DNA of 64,000 bases. Origin: a virus. Where the stretch lies: IMG/VR virus record IMGVR_UViG_3300021962_000032; one strand, written 5' to 3'. This document shows positions 49,701 through 60,360 of the stretch, one piece after another. A model generated the notes under the pieces. The model saw only the letters and a program-made list of their open reading frames with translations. It was not told where the DNA came from and searched no databases. A program made the position numbers and the translations under genes. Within the stretch, counting starts at the first letter, position 1, and each line of letters opens with the position of its first letter.

Positions 49701-52700
49701 TTCATTTCTAATAAATTCGTCTTCGGAAAAATTATTTTTTAATAATGTAATAGTGTATTTTGGAAAATATTTAACTGGAACTATTCTTGCAGCTTCAGAT
49801 AAGAAGTCATCAACTTTATATGAATCACTGTCTTCGGGATTTTCTACATCTGGATCCAAATATCCTTTGAAATCTAAAGTAACGGATGCACCAGCACCAC
49901 CAATATTTGGATCTCTTCTAATAACTTTATAAAATGCAAATCCATTAGATTGAGAATTGAATCCTTTAGATTCCAATCCTTGAGATTCTGCTATAGTTAC
50001 AACATCCTCTATGAAAACAAAATCGCCTAACTGGAAAGGAAAATCATATATTGTACTATACTCAGTTTTTAAAAATACTTGTATTGTTGGTAAATTACTA
50101 AATTGAATGCTATCTGGGAAATTATATTCACTATCATCAGCATCTTCACTAAGTAAGGCATTATCTATTCCATTAACAACTTCTTGTGGAACAGCATTAT
50201 TATTTACATCAAGAATTATAATATCTTGCTGATTCAATAGTAATGGTATTGCATTGCTATTATTAATTGGAACTAATCTTGGCTCTATACTTGAAAGATT
50301 TTTTGTATTTTGATCTATTGTTACAAAGTTATCGCCAAGATTATATCTTAAAACAACGTCATCAACAATTTTTCCTGTTTTTTTATCTATAACAACAATA
50401 TTTGGTGCAGTTAAATAATTAATTCCAACACTGTCAATTCTAATTCTATCGATAGAATATAAAGGTTCAACTTTAAATATTGTAGGAAGTTTTGCAATTG
50501 GTCTTATAGATAAATCAGAAGAATAGTTAAAACCTATATCTGTTATATCAACACTTTTAATCTTACCTACACTAGTACTATTTCCACCCAAAATTGCACC
50601 ATTTCCTAAGGTACTGTTTATAATTGTTTCTTTTGGTAACGTATAGAAATATCTTCCTCTATTATTTAAAGATATTTTTGAAATTGGACCAAAGGCATGT
50701 ATTGAATTTGTTGAATATTCAATGGTACAATTTTCATTAGTATAAGAATCTTGTTCTGGATCTAGTGGTATTTGATATTTAAATACTGCGTCAGAAAATG
50801 GAGGTTCATTTGGATTATTATCAATAATACCAAATACTTTATAAACTCCATTATACTTACTTTCTATGCAAGTTATTCTATTATTCTTTGTTTGTTCAGA
50901 ATCCACTAATATTTCCAATTTTGACGATAAATTATTTTCAAACAATATTGGGGTTAATTTATAAAATAAATTATTTGGAGCATCATCCGAAAGATATAAT
51001 TTCAATCTAGCATTATTACTAACTCCAATTGAACCTGTTTTTATTACATCAAAATTCTTTGTGTTTCCACTTGAAAAATACTTATAGTTAAAGTTTGCAT
51101 CAGAGTAAATATCAAAAGTAAATGAACTTGTTCTAACTAAACTATTTCCAGAAGCTATCGACAATGATGGATGACTGAGATCAAAATTTATTGTTTGATT
51201 TTTAAATGTTAAAATTTGAGGATTTATTTGATATATTTTTCCGGGTTGAGGATTGGATAAATTTATATAATTTGGAAATTCTAATCTTGTTTCATATAGA
51301 GTATCGCAAAGAGAAATCGTATTTCTATCTATTGCAACTACATAATATACTTGATTATCAATCAAACCAGAAATAGCTGGAACATTGTCTCCATTTTGGT
51401 TAATAGATCTGTATAAGATTTTATCTCCGGTTGACAATTTGTGTGCTGGTATTACTATACTATCTGTTACAGCATCAACATTGACACTTAAAAATGTCCT
51501 TGGATTTAATACCATTAATCTATTTTCATCATTATATTCAACTATGACATTTAATTCATTTTTTGGTTTTAATTTAATATCAATAAAATCATTTTCAAGC
51601 AATCCATGTGTAGATCCAACAGAAACAGTTACTATATTTTGAGATACTATTGCATTAAAAACATTTGTTTTGAGAGTTTTTAAAGAATTTTCTGTGTTAT
51701 TAATTGCCGGGTTAAAGTACAATAAAGGATCCGAATTGTCTAAAAGGTTTACTACATTTCCAGTAGTTCCAAATCCAACTCTAGTAGTAGATAATCCTAT
51801 TAAATCTTTGCTTATCTTTACGGAATAAACAATACTATCCTGAAGAAGTATGTTTGCAGGATTTCCAACTTTGTTATATGCTAATAATCCTTTAAAATAT
51901 AAAGGTTGATTAGTTTCAAAGTTATGATTTGGGAGATATATTGATCTTATTGGTATAGTAATTGATGATATACCACTGCCAGTATAAACTACACTGGTTA
52001 TTCCTGAAGAAATATTAGTACCAAACCCTACAGAATTTTTAGAATTGAAATAATATTCATAATTTGTTCTAGAATTGTAACTTGTTTTTATTCCTAAATC
52101 AGATTCAAATTTTCTTGGGAGTTCTTGTAATATTGTTCCACTATAAACAGTAGATAAACCACTATTTGCATTTACCGACCTTTCAATTCTAATTATAGAT
52201 TTTTGTGTATCTATATTTAATATTCTTATAGTTTCATAACCATTTTCTTCATCAGTAAATTTATAGATATCGTTTTCTCTAACATCTGGGTATTTAATAT
52301 TTCCAGATACTTGAATATATGTTGAAAGTCCAGTTTGAGCAACAGTATTTAAAGTACTAGTTAATACTAAATTGTTAGATTTTACTTTAATTTTTTGGAA
52401 CGATATTCTTTCTACTGGAGTAGTGATAGAAACAACGTCACCATCACTGTAGTTATGTGGAGTACTGGTAAATCCAATAAATCCGGATTTATTGGAATTT
52501 TTTTCAAATTCAACATTTGAAAAAGATGACCTTGCAACGCCAATGTTAGTGACTTCCTTTCCTTTGATATGTGAAATAGATGCAGTTGCATCTTGCCCAA
52601 TAACATCAGAATTCTTAAACAATATTGTATCGTTTACTTTGTAATCCTCACCACCTACAACAATATCAACAAATTCAATTTCACCGTAATTTGCATATTT

Positions 52701-55700
52701 GATTTTACTAATCGGCTCTTTTATTTTATTTGATTGATTCAGATATCTATAAGATGAATCGATATTGTTTAAAAGATATGGACTTGTATTTTTATACCAA
52801 GATGTTTTATTAATATCTACAGTATCTTGATTGATTTTTTGATCAAAGTTAAACTCTATAGGTAAAGATTCATAAAAATCTCCAATCACATAAGGAAACT
52901 GTGGTATAAATGTTTGAGCAGGTTCTTTTCTGATTGATGGATTTACAGTGCAAAAATATGCATACACTCCATTTGGATATTCTGGTGTTTTACAATACCT
53001 TCCATTATGAATGTCCAGATATTCACTACCTTCACTTGTAAAATCTATATACTCATAATCTTCTACAAAAAATCCAAGTGGAAACAACAGCTCTGATGGT
53101 CCGTCTGTTCTTTGAGAAATTAATTTATAAGAAGATTGCATTGGAACAATAGTTCCTGATAATCCATTTTTATATCCATAAGGACCATAAATTGGATTTC
53201 CGTCATATGCCCATCCAACTATTGGAGAGTGTTTTGCCTCGTTTCCTACTCTGTCTGATTCTATGTCAGGATAATATAAAGAATTTTCTTCAGAATGGAA
53301 TAAAAGTCGTAGTGTATTTGAAAGGTAGATATGCGTATACTGAAGATCATCCGTTCCAAGATCAGAAAAAACAAATCCCTCATCATTTGTTAATCTTGAA
53401 TTTAATTCATATCGTTTTAATAGATTTATATTCCAAGATTTTATTTTTACCGATGTTCTAAGTCCTTCACCTCTATCAATGATGTCAATTATTGTGCTTG
53501 ATCTATCATATCCGTTACCTCCATATAAAACATTAATTCTTATCAATTTTCCATCTTCAATCTCCGGTACTAAAACAGCTCCATTTCCAAATCCCCTAAC
53601 AATTACATCTGGAGTACTGTAGTAATTTTTTCCCGAATTTAAAACCAATACTTCTTTGATGGATCCATCTGTAATTAATGGTATTGCTTGGGCATTTATT
53701 CCCTTTACCACTTCAACTGATGGTTGTTTAACATAATTTACAATATCTGATGAACCATAATTATTTCCAGATTCGGAGATAAAAATAGAACTTATTTCAC
53801 CTCTAAAAATTGGATTTACTTTTGCGTTTAAATCTTGACCCGCAGAGGTTGACACTCCAATAAATCCTTTTATTTCAACATTAATTGGCTCATAATTAAA
53901 ATAATGAGTTCCAGATCCTTGACTTGTTATATTGACATATTGCTTTGTCAAAAAATAAAAATCATTAGTTTTATCCGATCCAGTAAAAGTTTCAGATAGT
54001 TTAATATTATTGTTATCTATTTTAGTAACATAATATGAAGTATTCTCTTGTAACCCACCAATCAAAGAACCAGTACTAAAATGAACTAGTAGTTCACCAT
54101 CAGAATATCCATGATTGGGAATATTAATTATATTGGAGATTACATTTACATTTTCTGGTAAAGTAGATACTTTTCTATTTTTATATCCAGAACCGGGATT
54201 GACAATGGAGATATATCCTATTTTTGATTTATTTTTTGATGACTTTAAATAATGTCTACCAGATGAATATCCATCAATACCTACTGTGTTAATTCCAGAA
54301 ATAGCATCAGTTTTTGATTTATATAATTTAACTGATGAAGAATTTTCAACAGAGATGATATATCTACTTCCATTTTCAAGACCTGGAACTGAACTTGTTG
54401 AAGAACTGAAATATACAATTTCCTCATAATTTTCAAAATTATGATAAGTAGAAAATCCAATAATATTATTTTGTGTATCTAGTATTCCATTATTTGAAGA
54501 TGCTGGAAATTCAATTTGATAAGAAAAACTTTCCATAACTGGTTCAGCTATGGCATCAAATCCATTGCCACCAGTTATGTAAATTTGCGGTTTCCCGATA
54601 TAATTAAATCCTGGATAGATTATATCCATTCGTTCCAGTGATCCAGTTACGGAAGGAAATGCTACACAACCTACACCAAGGTCCCCAATGGTTACAGATT
54701 TATCACCTACTCTTACCTCAGATCCTCCTACACCACCAACAGAAAGTTGAGTTCCTCCTACACCACCAACAGTAGCAACTAATCCATTAATTCTTAAAAC
54801 AGATCCACCAATTTGATTAATATAAAGATTTTTTTCTCCAAGATTAAGAGTTTTTCCTTCTACAATTATCAATTCTCCACCTTGACCATCGTATGTTATA
54901 ACATCTCCTCCAACAGCACCAAATTTAATAGGTACTGAGTTTGAAAAATTAAATATTGGCGTTGATTTGTTGGCATTATATCTTACTTGAGTGCCAGCAG
55001 TATCTAAAACATTTAATTCTGGAGGATTAATTACATCATATCCAAATCCAGGTGATGTAACTTCTATTGATTGAATATCTCCAAAAAATATTGAACTTCT
55101 TGATTTATAATTTAATATCTCAACTCCATTTTTAAATATTCCAATTTTTCCATAATTAGTTTTAATTTTTTCTTGACCTTTAGTTGGACTTGATATTTTT
55201 TTAATTAGTTTTTTTGGCCCAATATCACTTGGTAAAAGATAGTTTGGACTATTTACATCTACATTACTATACTCAAAGAATTGTATAGTGCATCTACACT
55301 CCCTAAATTCTGGCACATTGAATGGGGGTATAAGATCTAAAGTTTCATACCTTTCATTTAATATTAATGATGTACTTCTTGCAAGTTTAAATCCATAAAG
55401 ATCTCCTTCTATTCTAAAATCTTTTATAAAATAAATTCCATCGGGAATTGGACTTTTATCATTTTCCAATGATCTAAAAATTATTTGATCTCCCGTGTAA
55501 AACCCATGCTTTAATGCATTATCAATTCCGTTATTACTTTCTCTAAAGCAAGTTATATAAGAGTAATCTATAGTCCCATCAGTAAATTGTTTGTCAGATA
55601 ATGAGTTCACACTTCCATCGGAAGTTATTTTTCCAAACAAAAATAAACCAGAAATTGATCCATCTTTAATATCCAACTCTACGGGAATTCCAGTTTCATC

Positions 55701-57989
55701 AGTATATGATGGCAATGAAGAAGACATTATGTATAGATTATCTTCTTTATCTAAGTAGGTATTTTGAATGTTACTTGAATAATTTTCAAGATTTGGTTTA
55801 TTTAATAAATTGACTTTTGTTATTTGCTTATTTAAAATATAATTTTTGACTAAAATTGTTAACGAAATATCAGTAACAATATTTCCATTATCTTGAATAA
55901 ATTGTACGTTTAATTTTTTATTTGATATTATTTTTGTAGCATAACATTTTAAATTTGGAGCTTCATCGAAATAAAAGAAATCGGATCTATGGAAATTATG
56001 CTGATCGTATAATTCTAATTCAAATATCCCACTTATACTATCTTTTAAAATAACATCTTTTATTCTATAAGAAACTGGAATATTATATACCCAGTCGTTA
56101 TCCTTTTTACGAGTAGATAATTTTCCTAAAGATTGTATTCTAATTTTATTTCCCTTTTCAAACAAATAGGTATCTTCATTTTGAATAAAATTCGATAAAA
56201 CTCCCGTTATTCTAACTTTTATTTTTTTATCTAAATTTTTACTAGAAAATCCAAAAGCATAAGAATCATTATGAACAATACTACCCTCAAAAATTTCATT
56301 GTTAATAACATCAGTAATTGAATCTAAAGTTTTGCACCCATAGAATTGAGTATTGGATTTTGATTCATAAGAAATAGAAAATGTCAATGGACCACTTAAA
56401 GATTTTGTTGTTATTTCCAATATTCCCGAAGGAGGAAAACTAACAGTAGAATCGACATTTATTACGGTAGATCCGGGTTCAATTTTTTCAGTTACTATAG
56501 TTTTGGGGTGAATTGAAAATTGACTGAATAGTGTGCCTCTATAATTAATATCCCTTTCATATCCATCGTCAATACTTATTACATAATAACTAGTATAATC
56601 TCTTTCTATTCTTTCAACAAACGATACAGTTCCCCTTGCAGCAGGTATAAAAGGTGTTTGCTCTTGATATAATGTTTGATTTTTTAATTCTTCAGGATTG
56701 CCTTCCAATACTTCCACAACCAAATTTCTCAAAACACTATAAGAAGCATTAGATGGAGAAATTAAAAAGTCACTTGGCCTAATAACTGAAACTTTCTTAT
56801 CGTATAAGGCAGAAAACAAAATTTTAAATGATGTTTCAGTTCCTTTAGATGAATAAAAATCTTTTCCTTGCTTAATGAACAATGATTCATTTAATTTGGG
56901 ATCTAATTCTCTATTTTCAAATCCCGGAAGAATTTGATATTTTATCTTCTTTAAAAATTCTTTAAAGAAGATAGAATTTAGATTTAATACCTCAGTATCA
57001 ATTGAATGAAACGTTGCAGAAGTTTTTTCAAACGTTAATTGATCTTCATTATCAACCAAAGAGGTGATGCCACTAAATCCCCTAACACAACCAAGAAGTT
57101 TTAATCCCTTTACATCATTACCTTTTATTTTAAGATCTATTGTATTTTTATCAATACTCTTATATAAAATTATTTCGTCATCAATTTTAAGCAGTCCATA
57201 TGAAATCGGTAGTGATCTTCTATCGTTATTTTCAGAATAAATTATTATTTCATTGGAAACATCAGATATATTTTTATTAGATGAATTTCCTAAAACTACA
57301 TGTGATATTTTTTTAATAAGTCCTTGATTTCTATCTCCATTAAATCTAATGCCCAAGTCAATAGAAATACCGACATCAAATCCCCTTCCAATAACTGTTA
57401 ATATTATTTGATTTAAATCAGATGGATCATATAAATCTATTTTTTGACCAACTGGAATAAACAACTCATCTTTATCAGATACAAAAATATCCGTATCATC
57501 TGTTTCATATTCAGTAACTGCTTCAGTAATAAAATCTTTGACTTTTAATGGATTATAATTTTTAAGTTTATATCTTTTTTCGGTATTTTTTAATTCAAAT
57601 ACAGTCCCATCTTCAGATATATTTGTTATTGTAAAATATTTTCCATCAATTTCAGAATCATTTGTATTATCAATTAATACTACATCATCATTAATGTAGG
57701 TGTCATTTTCAACTGTGGTAATTTTTATATTACTAGTAATATTTTCTTTTATTATTTTTGTTATATTAATTTGTGGATTATATAAGTAATATAAATCATT
57801 TACTTGATTTAAAACATCTATTTTGATGTAGTTGCTTATATTTCTTAATATGTCAACGCTGCCAAAATTAATTTCTGTTGAATTATAGTATTCTTTTAAA
57901 AACTCACCAAGTAATGGAAATTCTACTCTAATAAATTCTGGAAGTTGGTATTCAACTATAGAACTTATTTTTATTGTGGAGTTTTTCAT
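46761..57989 (-). CDS. Giant baseplate wedge initiator (gp7-like, proximal part)
   Basis: QLPEFI..EFP...EFLKEYY, FYSSKGT..S..ILF, HSPIVGWAYDGNPIYGPYG, DSDYYQYFSY, HTAGFK.F; follows gp6. Confidence 0.82.
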   Translation of the reverse strand: MKNSTIKISSIVEYQLPEFIRVEFPLLGEFLKEYYNSTEINFGSVDILRNISNYIKIDVLNQVNDLYYLYNPQINITKIIKENITSNIKITTVENDTYINDDVVLIDNTNDSEIDGKYFTITNISEDGTVFELKNTEKRYKLKNYNPLKVKDFITEAVTEYETDDTDIFVSDKDELFIPVGQKIDLYDPSDLNQIILTVIGRGFDVGISIDLGIRFNGDRNQGLIKKISHVVLGNSSNKNISDVSNEIIIYSENNDRRSLPISYGLLKIDDEIILYKSIDKNTIDLKIKGNDVKGLKLLGCVRGFSGITSLVDNEDQLTFEKTSATFHSIDTEVLNLNSIFFKEFLKKIKYQILPGFENRELDPKLNESLFIKQGKDFYSSKGTETSFKILFSALYDKKVSVIRPSDFLISPSNASYSVLRNLVVEVLEGNPEELKNQTLYQEQTPFIPAARGTVSFVERIERDYTSYYVISIDDGYERDINYRGTLFSQFSIHPKTIVTEKIEPGSTVINVDSTVSFPPSGILEITTKSLSGPLTFSISYESKSNTQFYGCKTLDSITDVINNEIFEGSIVHNDSYAFGFSSKNLDKKIKVRITGVLSNFIQNEDTYLFEKGNKIRIQSLGKLSTRKKDNDWVYNIPVSYRIKDVILKDSISGIFELELYDQHNFHRSDFFYFDEAPNLKCYATKIISNKKLNVQFIQDNGNIVTDISLTILVKNYILNKQITKVNLLNKPNLENYSSNIQNTYLDKEDNLYIMSSSLPSYTDETGIPVELDIKDGSISGLFLFGKITSDGSVNSLSDKQFTDGTIDYSYITCFRESNNGIDNALKHGFYTGDQIIFRSLENDKSPIPDGIYFIKDFRIEGDLYGFKLARSTSLILNERYETLDLIPPFNVPEFRECRCTIQFFEYSNVDVNSPNYLLPSDIGPKKLIKKISSPTKGQEKIKTNYGKIGIFKNGVEILNYKSRSSIFFGDIQSIEVTSPGFGYDVINPPELNVLDTAGTQVRYNANKSTPIFNFSNSVPIKFGAVGGDVITYDGQGGELIIVEGKTLNLGEKNLYINQIGGSVLRINGLVATVGGVGGTQLSVGGVGGSEVRVGDKSVTIGDLGVGCVAFPSVTGSLERMDIIYPGFNYIGKPQIYITGGNGFDAIAEPVMESFSYQIEFPASSNNGILDTQNNIIGFSTYHNFENYEEIVYFSSSTSSVPGLENGSRYIISVENSSSVKLYKSKTDAISGINTVGIDGYSSGRHYLKSSKNKSKIGYISIVNPGSGYKNRKVSTLPENVNVISNIINIPNHGYSDGELLVHFSTGSLIGGLQENTSYYVTKIDNNNIKLSETFTGSDKTNDFYFLTKQYVNITSQGSGTHYFNYEPINVEIKGFIGVSTSAGQDLNAKVNPIFRGEISSIFISESGNNYGSSDIVNYVKQPSVEVVKGINAQAIPLITDGSIKEVLVLNSGKNYYSTPDVIVRGFGNGAVLVPEIEDGKLIRINVLYGGNGYDRSSTIIDIIDRGEGLRTSVKIKSWNINLLKRYELNSRLTNDEGFVFSDLGTDDLQYTHIYLSNTLRLLFHSEENSLYYPDIESDRVGNEAKHSPIVGWAYDGNPIYGPYGYKNGLSGTIVPMQSSYKLISQRTDGPSELLFPLGFFVEDYEYIDFTSEGSEYLDIHNGRYCKTPEYPNGVYAYFCTVNPSIRKEPAQTFIPQFPYVIGDFYESLPIEFNFDQKINQDTVDINKTSWYKNTSPYLLNNIDSSYRYLNQSNKIKEPISKIKYANYGEIEFVDIVVGGEDYKVNDTILFKNSDVIGQDATASISHIKGKEVTNIGVARSSFSNVEFEKNSNKSGFIGFTSTPHNYSDGDVVSITTPVERISFQKIKVKSNNLVLTSTLNTVAQTGLSTYIQVSGNIKYPDVRENDIYKFTDEENGYETIRILNIDTQKSIIRIERSVNANSGLSTVYSGTILQELPRKFESDLGIKTSYNSRTNYEYYFNSKNSVGFGTNISSGITSVVYTGSGISSITIPIRSIYLPNHNFETNQPLYFKGLLAYNKVGNPANILLQDSIVYSVKISKDLIGLSTTRVGFGTTGNVVNLLDNSDPLLYFNPAINNTENSLKTLKTNVFNAIVSQNIVTVSVGSTHGLLENDFIDIKLKPKNELNVIVEYNDENRLMVLNPRTFLSVNVDAVTDSIVIPAHKLSTGDKILYRSINQNGDNVPAISGLIDNQVYYVVAIDRNTISLCDTLYETRLEFPNYINLSNPQPGKIYQINPQILTFKNQTINFDLSHPSLSIASGNSLVRTSSFTFDIYSDANFNYKYFSSGNTKNFDVIKTGSIGVSNNARLKLYLSDDAPNNLFYKLTPILFENNLSSKLEILVDSEQTKNNRITCIESKYNGVYKVFGIIDNNPNEPPFSDAVFKYQIPLDPEQDSYTNENCTIEYSTNSIHAFGPISKISLNNRGRYFYTLPKETIINSTLGNGAILGGNSTSVGKIKSVDITDIGFNYSSDLSIRPIAKLPTIFKVEPLYSIDRIRIDSVGINYLTAPNIVVIDKKTGKIVDDVVLRYNLGDNFVTIDQNTKNLSSIEPRLVPINNSNAIPLLLNQQDIIILDVNNNAVPQEVVNGIDNALLSEDADDSEYNFPDSIQFSNLPTIQVFLKTEYSTIYDFPFQLGDFVFIEDVVTIAESQGLESKGFNSQSNGFAFYKVIRRDPNIGGAGASVTLDFKGYLDPDVENPEDSDSYKVDDFLSEAARIVPVKYFPKYTITLLKNNFSEDEFIRNESDILSGRGIVDQWDSANDYLKVGIFEDFNVGDIIIGESSKTKAIILKKINFDAFYNIDSTSVVNKGWTKDTGKLNLDLQRIHDSDYYQYFSYSLKSEVPINKWDDPVATLNHTAGFKRFSNLEVISRQKDFSGISTSQNDGAVTPITDLISSASVNCTYDFDLARELSFLSNNTLKSNQVIFNSRILQDYIESIDNRVLSIDDISKNFNPLPRETTYSIVSRNPSTKIRARKHFFYIQDRRFFNEKQMLILTTVHDDTDVFCGQYGRLETASDLGSFESEIIGSNQNVLFFPTKFDFNNYIVDYVSFEMSDDPEELEDVALGDVGRIYNQTGILTSGVLPGIGTAVVGIASTYRASKIFILVGSATTSYYEINELSIIHDDSDDIRLLEYGELITKTQDNFPDRSVSGIASYSARMGIGGTTYDIVMTPYNTLEDDYNIKAVTVSIANTDYSLTDNLGFDTGEVISFEQVGIGTTIPSFTEILNYSTQYKCAYVFLTVVGVKTDNVLAYDAGPQNHGISDWYAFENGTATYSAIYPNTKLIEVTNDGFENVLLTTGSNPQRGTISITSGSRYFANKPIHFIEPGNQHRISPVSYASTTFGHYIADRSSVGIPTETGVSYFNIFALPNQNNDNVIVTLYDQNQTGFGNTMGIGNTTGIGVTTVTIQPGKSGVLTTTTYDDWVFFTSTSPVIMTTYYYDSADSSPILDKGLLSPAISINNSTMTKYFTGLGVDRIRTAYDQPLSVSDYTAVSAFNQQTIISVETDDGSGSDMKQGIPIEYISNTYSYGETLSDYALIAPYPNTTVRVSYWNGSSWVLGEQHDLNGTSIETPDSAYRSGTSGFGVNLTFFGNAAELSGTANNFAGGANLWKFEGNNPFALFINDSANAETEMLGFSSSFTERQINKQYVSQEIQLINNQANSYITEYGKLVVPTPTETSGIGTVGVGTFSSRLEGSLTKLLFKPSPFTQFKIQGIQVNIGRF

Positions 57990-57990
57990 A

Positions 57991-59913
57991 TTATCTTCTT
58001 ACTAATAAATCTCGGTCTGAATAACTTGATGATGCTTTAAATATACTTCCAGATGTATCATTTCCAGAAACTATGGAATCTTGAACAGCATTGATTAAAG
58101 AATTTGACACATCCAATTGCAAGTATAAATCTTGTAATGCAATAATATCATTTGATCTTGGCCTTAATGATAATTCTATGATGTTTTCATTTCCAAAAAC
58201 TTTATCTGTTTGAATAATATTTATCGGATATAAAAGAATCTCTCCTTTATTGTAATCTATTTCTCCCGCATTCTTCCTTACTATTAAAGGTTTATTTTCT
58301 TCGGTTAATTTAAATACAACTAATTTTCCTGTTCTTAAATCCGAATTTGGAATATCACTTATATAAACAGTATCGGATACTCCAGAAATCTTAAATCCAC
58401 TAGATTTTAAATTATATCCTGACTCACATTCAATAAAAAAACTATTTCCGTAACAAATTTCATAACCAGCAAATTGATTCAATGCTGCTCTCAAATCTCT
58501 TCGGATTTCAATTTTTGTAATATTGGAAGTAATAGATTCATTAGTTTTATCAATAATATTTAAAAATTTACTATATTTAAATCTTGCCCCATACGAATTT
58601 AATTCTGGAGATTTAGAATACTTTAATACATTTTTGCTAATAGAATCAATAAGTTTAGAAGCACTTTCTATTTTATTCGTATTATAGTAAGCAATTGTTG
58701 AAAATTCAACATAAAGATATTTCAAATCTAATATTTCTGGTACAATTCCTGCAACTGTGTATTTTCTTAATGAAGATTTGAGATTGTCTTTAACAAAATT
58801 TGGAACAAACTGTCCATTTATTGGTTTAATAGTAATAAAAACCCTTCCATATTGGGGTGGATTTAAAACTTCTCCACCAAAAACAGATACAGATTCTGCC
58901 TCTGGATACAATTTGGGTATTAACGCTTCATAGTCCGATGCCGTGACTGCTCTGTATTGAGATGCGTATATTCTGGGAGCATAATTTCTAATTGAATTTA
59001 CGCTTTCAATTTGCTTACCACCTCTTGATGGTGTATTTGTAATAACTATCGATACACCGCTAGTGACTATTGCATCATTATTGGTAAATAACCTTCCACT
59101 ATATCTAAAATCATTAACTCCGTTTGAAGTTTCACCATTGGAAATTATATAAGATACTTCTATAAAATTATTATTTTCTAATTTTTCTCCAAAAATTCCA
59201 TCTCCAAAAATTAACTCATATCTTTCATCGGACACTTCTTGTATAAAAAATACCTTTGAGTTTGAGTTTACCTCAAATATACTATCCGATAGATTAAACT
59301 TTCTACCAAATGATCTATTCTTTTCGTCTCTAACATTAACTCTAATCGTAGAAACGTCAATTCCGGCATTACCTAGAATAAATCTCTGCCCAGGAATTCT
59401 TGCATCTACAACAAAGTTCTCTGTTACGAAAGTCCCTTCTACAACTTCTATATTTTTAAATTGTGCAACATCATTAATTACAGGAACCGTAATATCATCT
59501 AGGACAGAAAACACACCACCAGAAGATCCTGTTTGTCCCCTACTTGACCCAGATACGGCAATGCCCCTCTTCAAGGTCAATGTAATTGGTCTAGGTCCAG
59601 CAAAATTTTCAGTATCAACTTCAAATGTTACGTTTGCTCTTGATGAAGTTTTTGATCTTGGTACGTATCCAATGTTTCTTGCCAATGCAACAACATTCTC
59701 TCTCAGTGTTGCACTGTCTATAAAAACCTCATTTGCAATCATGTTTGCATTGAATGAGGTTATATAAGTATTGTAAGCTAAGACATCAACAACATTCGAT
59801 AAGGTAGATCCCTCAAAATCATAATCCGTAAATTCACTATTAGATCTTAAATAATCTTTAAGTGTTGTCTTGATTTGATTAAAATCAAGATTAGAAAAAT
59901 TAACTAATCCCAT
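57991..59913 (-). CDS. gp6: Baseplate wedge protein gp6
   Basis: LDFNQIK, FTDYDFEGS, LAYNTY, FGDGIFG, RAVTASDY. Confidence 0.95.
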   Translation of the reverse strand: MGLVNFSNLDFNQIKTTLKDYLRSNSEFTDYDFEGSTLSNVVDVLAYNTYITSFNANMIANEVFIDSATLRENVVALARNIGYVPRSKTSSRANVTFEVDTENFAGPRPITLTLKRGIAVSGSSRGQTGSSGGVFSVLDDITVPVINDVAQFKNIEVVEGTFVTENFVVDARIPGQRFILGNAGIDVSTIRVNVRDEKNRSFGRKFNLSDSIFEVNSNSKVFFIQEVSDERYELIFGDGIFGEKLENNNFIEVSYIISNGETSNGVNDFRYSGRLFTNNDAIVTSGVSIVITNTPSRGGKQIESVNSIRNYAPRIYASQYRAVTASDYEALIPKLYPEAESVSVFGGEVLNPPQYGRVFITIKPINGQFVPNFVKDNLKSSLRKYTVAGIVPEILDLKYLYVEFSTIAYYNTNKIESASKLIDSISKNVLKYSKSPELNSYGARFKYSKFLNIIDKTNESITSNITKIEIRRDLRAALNQFAGYEICYGNSFFIECESGYNLKSSGFKISGVSDTVYISDIPNSDLRTGKLVVFKLTEENKPLIVRKNAGEIDYNKGEILLYPINIIQTDKVFGNENIIELSLRPRSNDIIALQDLYLQLDVSNSLINAVQDSIVSGNDTSGSIFKASSSYSDRDLLVRR

Positions 59914-60315
59914 TTATCGAATTGGTTGAAGGGCAAAATTTAGCTCTTGTGGCGGGACATCTATGCCTACAATTTTATAAGTTATTGTGACATTAAATTC
60001 TTGGTTGTCAAAATTTGCATCTACAATGACCTTATTTAATTTCACTCTTGGTTCATACAATGTAATTGTAGTAGATATTTGGTCTTTTATGTCCGATGCT
60101 GTTAAACTGTCAAAATTTTCAAATAAAGACCTTGTAATCTCAGATCCCAATCCAGGAGAAAATGGTCTCTCTCCTGGATATGTGGATATTAAATTACGAA
60201 TAGAACGCGCAATAGCAACCTCATTTTTAATAGAAAGAAGATCTCTATTAATAGGATTTGCCCTAAATGTAAGGCTAACATCCTTAAAAGATTTACTTGA
60301 GCGTTCTACTGGCAT
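59914..60315 (-). CDS. gp25: Baseplate wedge protein gp25
   Basis: AIARSIRNLI.T.PGERPF.P..GS, YEPRV. Confidence 0.93.
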   Translation of the reverse strand: MPVERSSKSFKDVSLTFRANPINRDLLSIKNEVAIARSIRNLISTYPGERPFSPGLGSEITRSLFENFDSLTASDIKDQISTTITLYEPRVKLNKVIVDANFDNQEFNVTITYKIVGIDVPPQELNFALQPIR

Positions 60316-60360
60316 TTAAATTTAATTAACCTTTGGTTATTTATTCAACTTTTATATAAA

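Noticed and set aside
14082-60319. Numerous short plus-strand and alternative-frame ORFs inside structural genes
   Set aside because: Expected shadows from codon bias (e.g. poly-Ser opposite acidic gp22); no independent signals.
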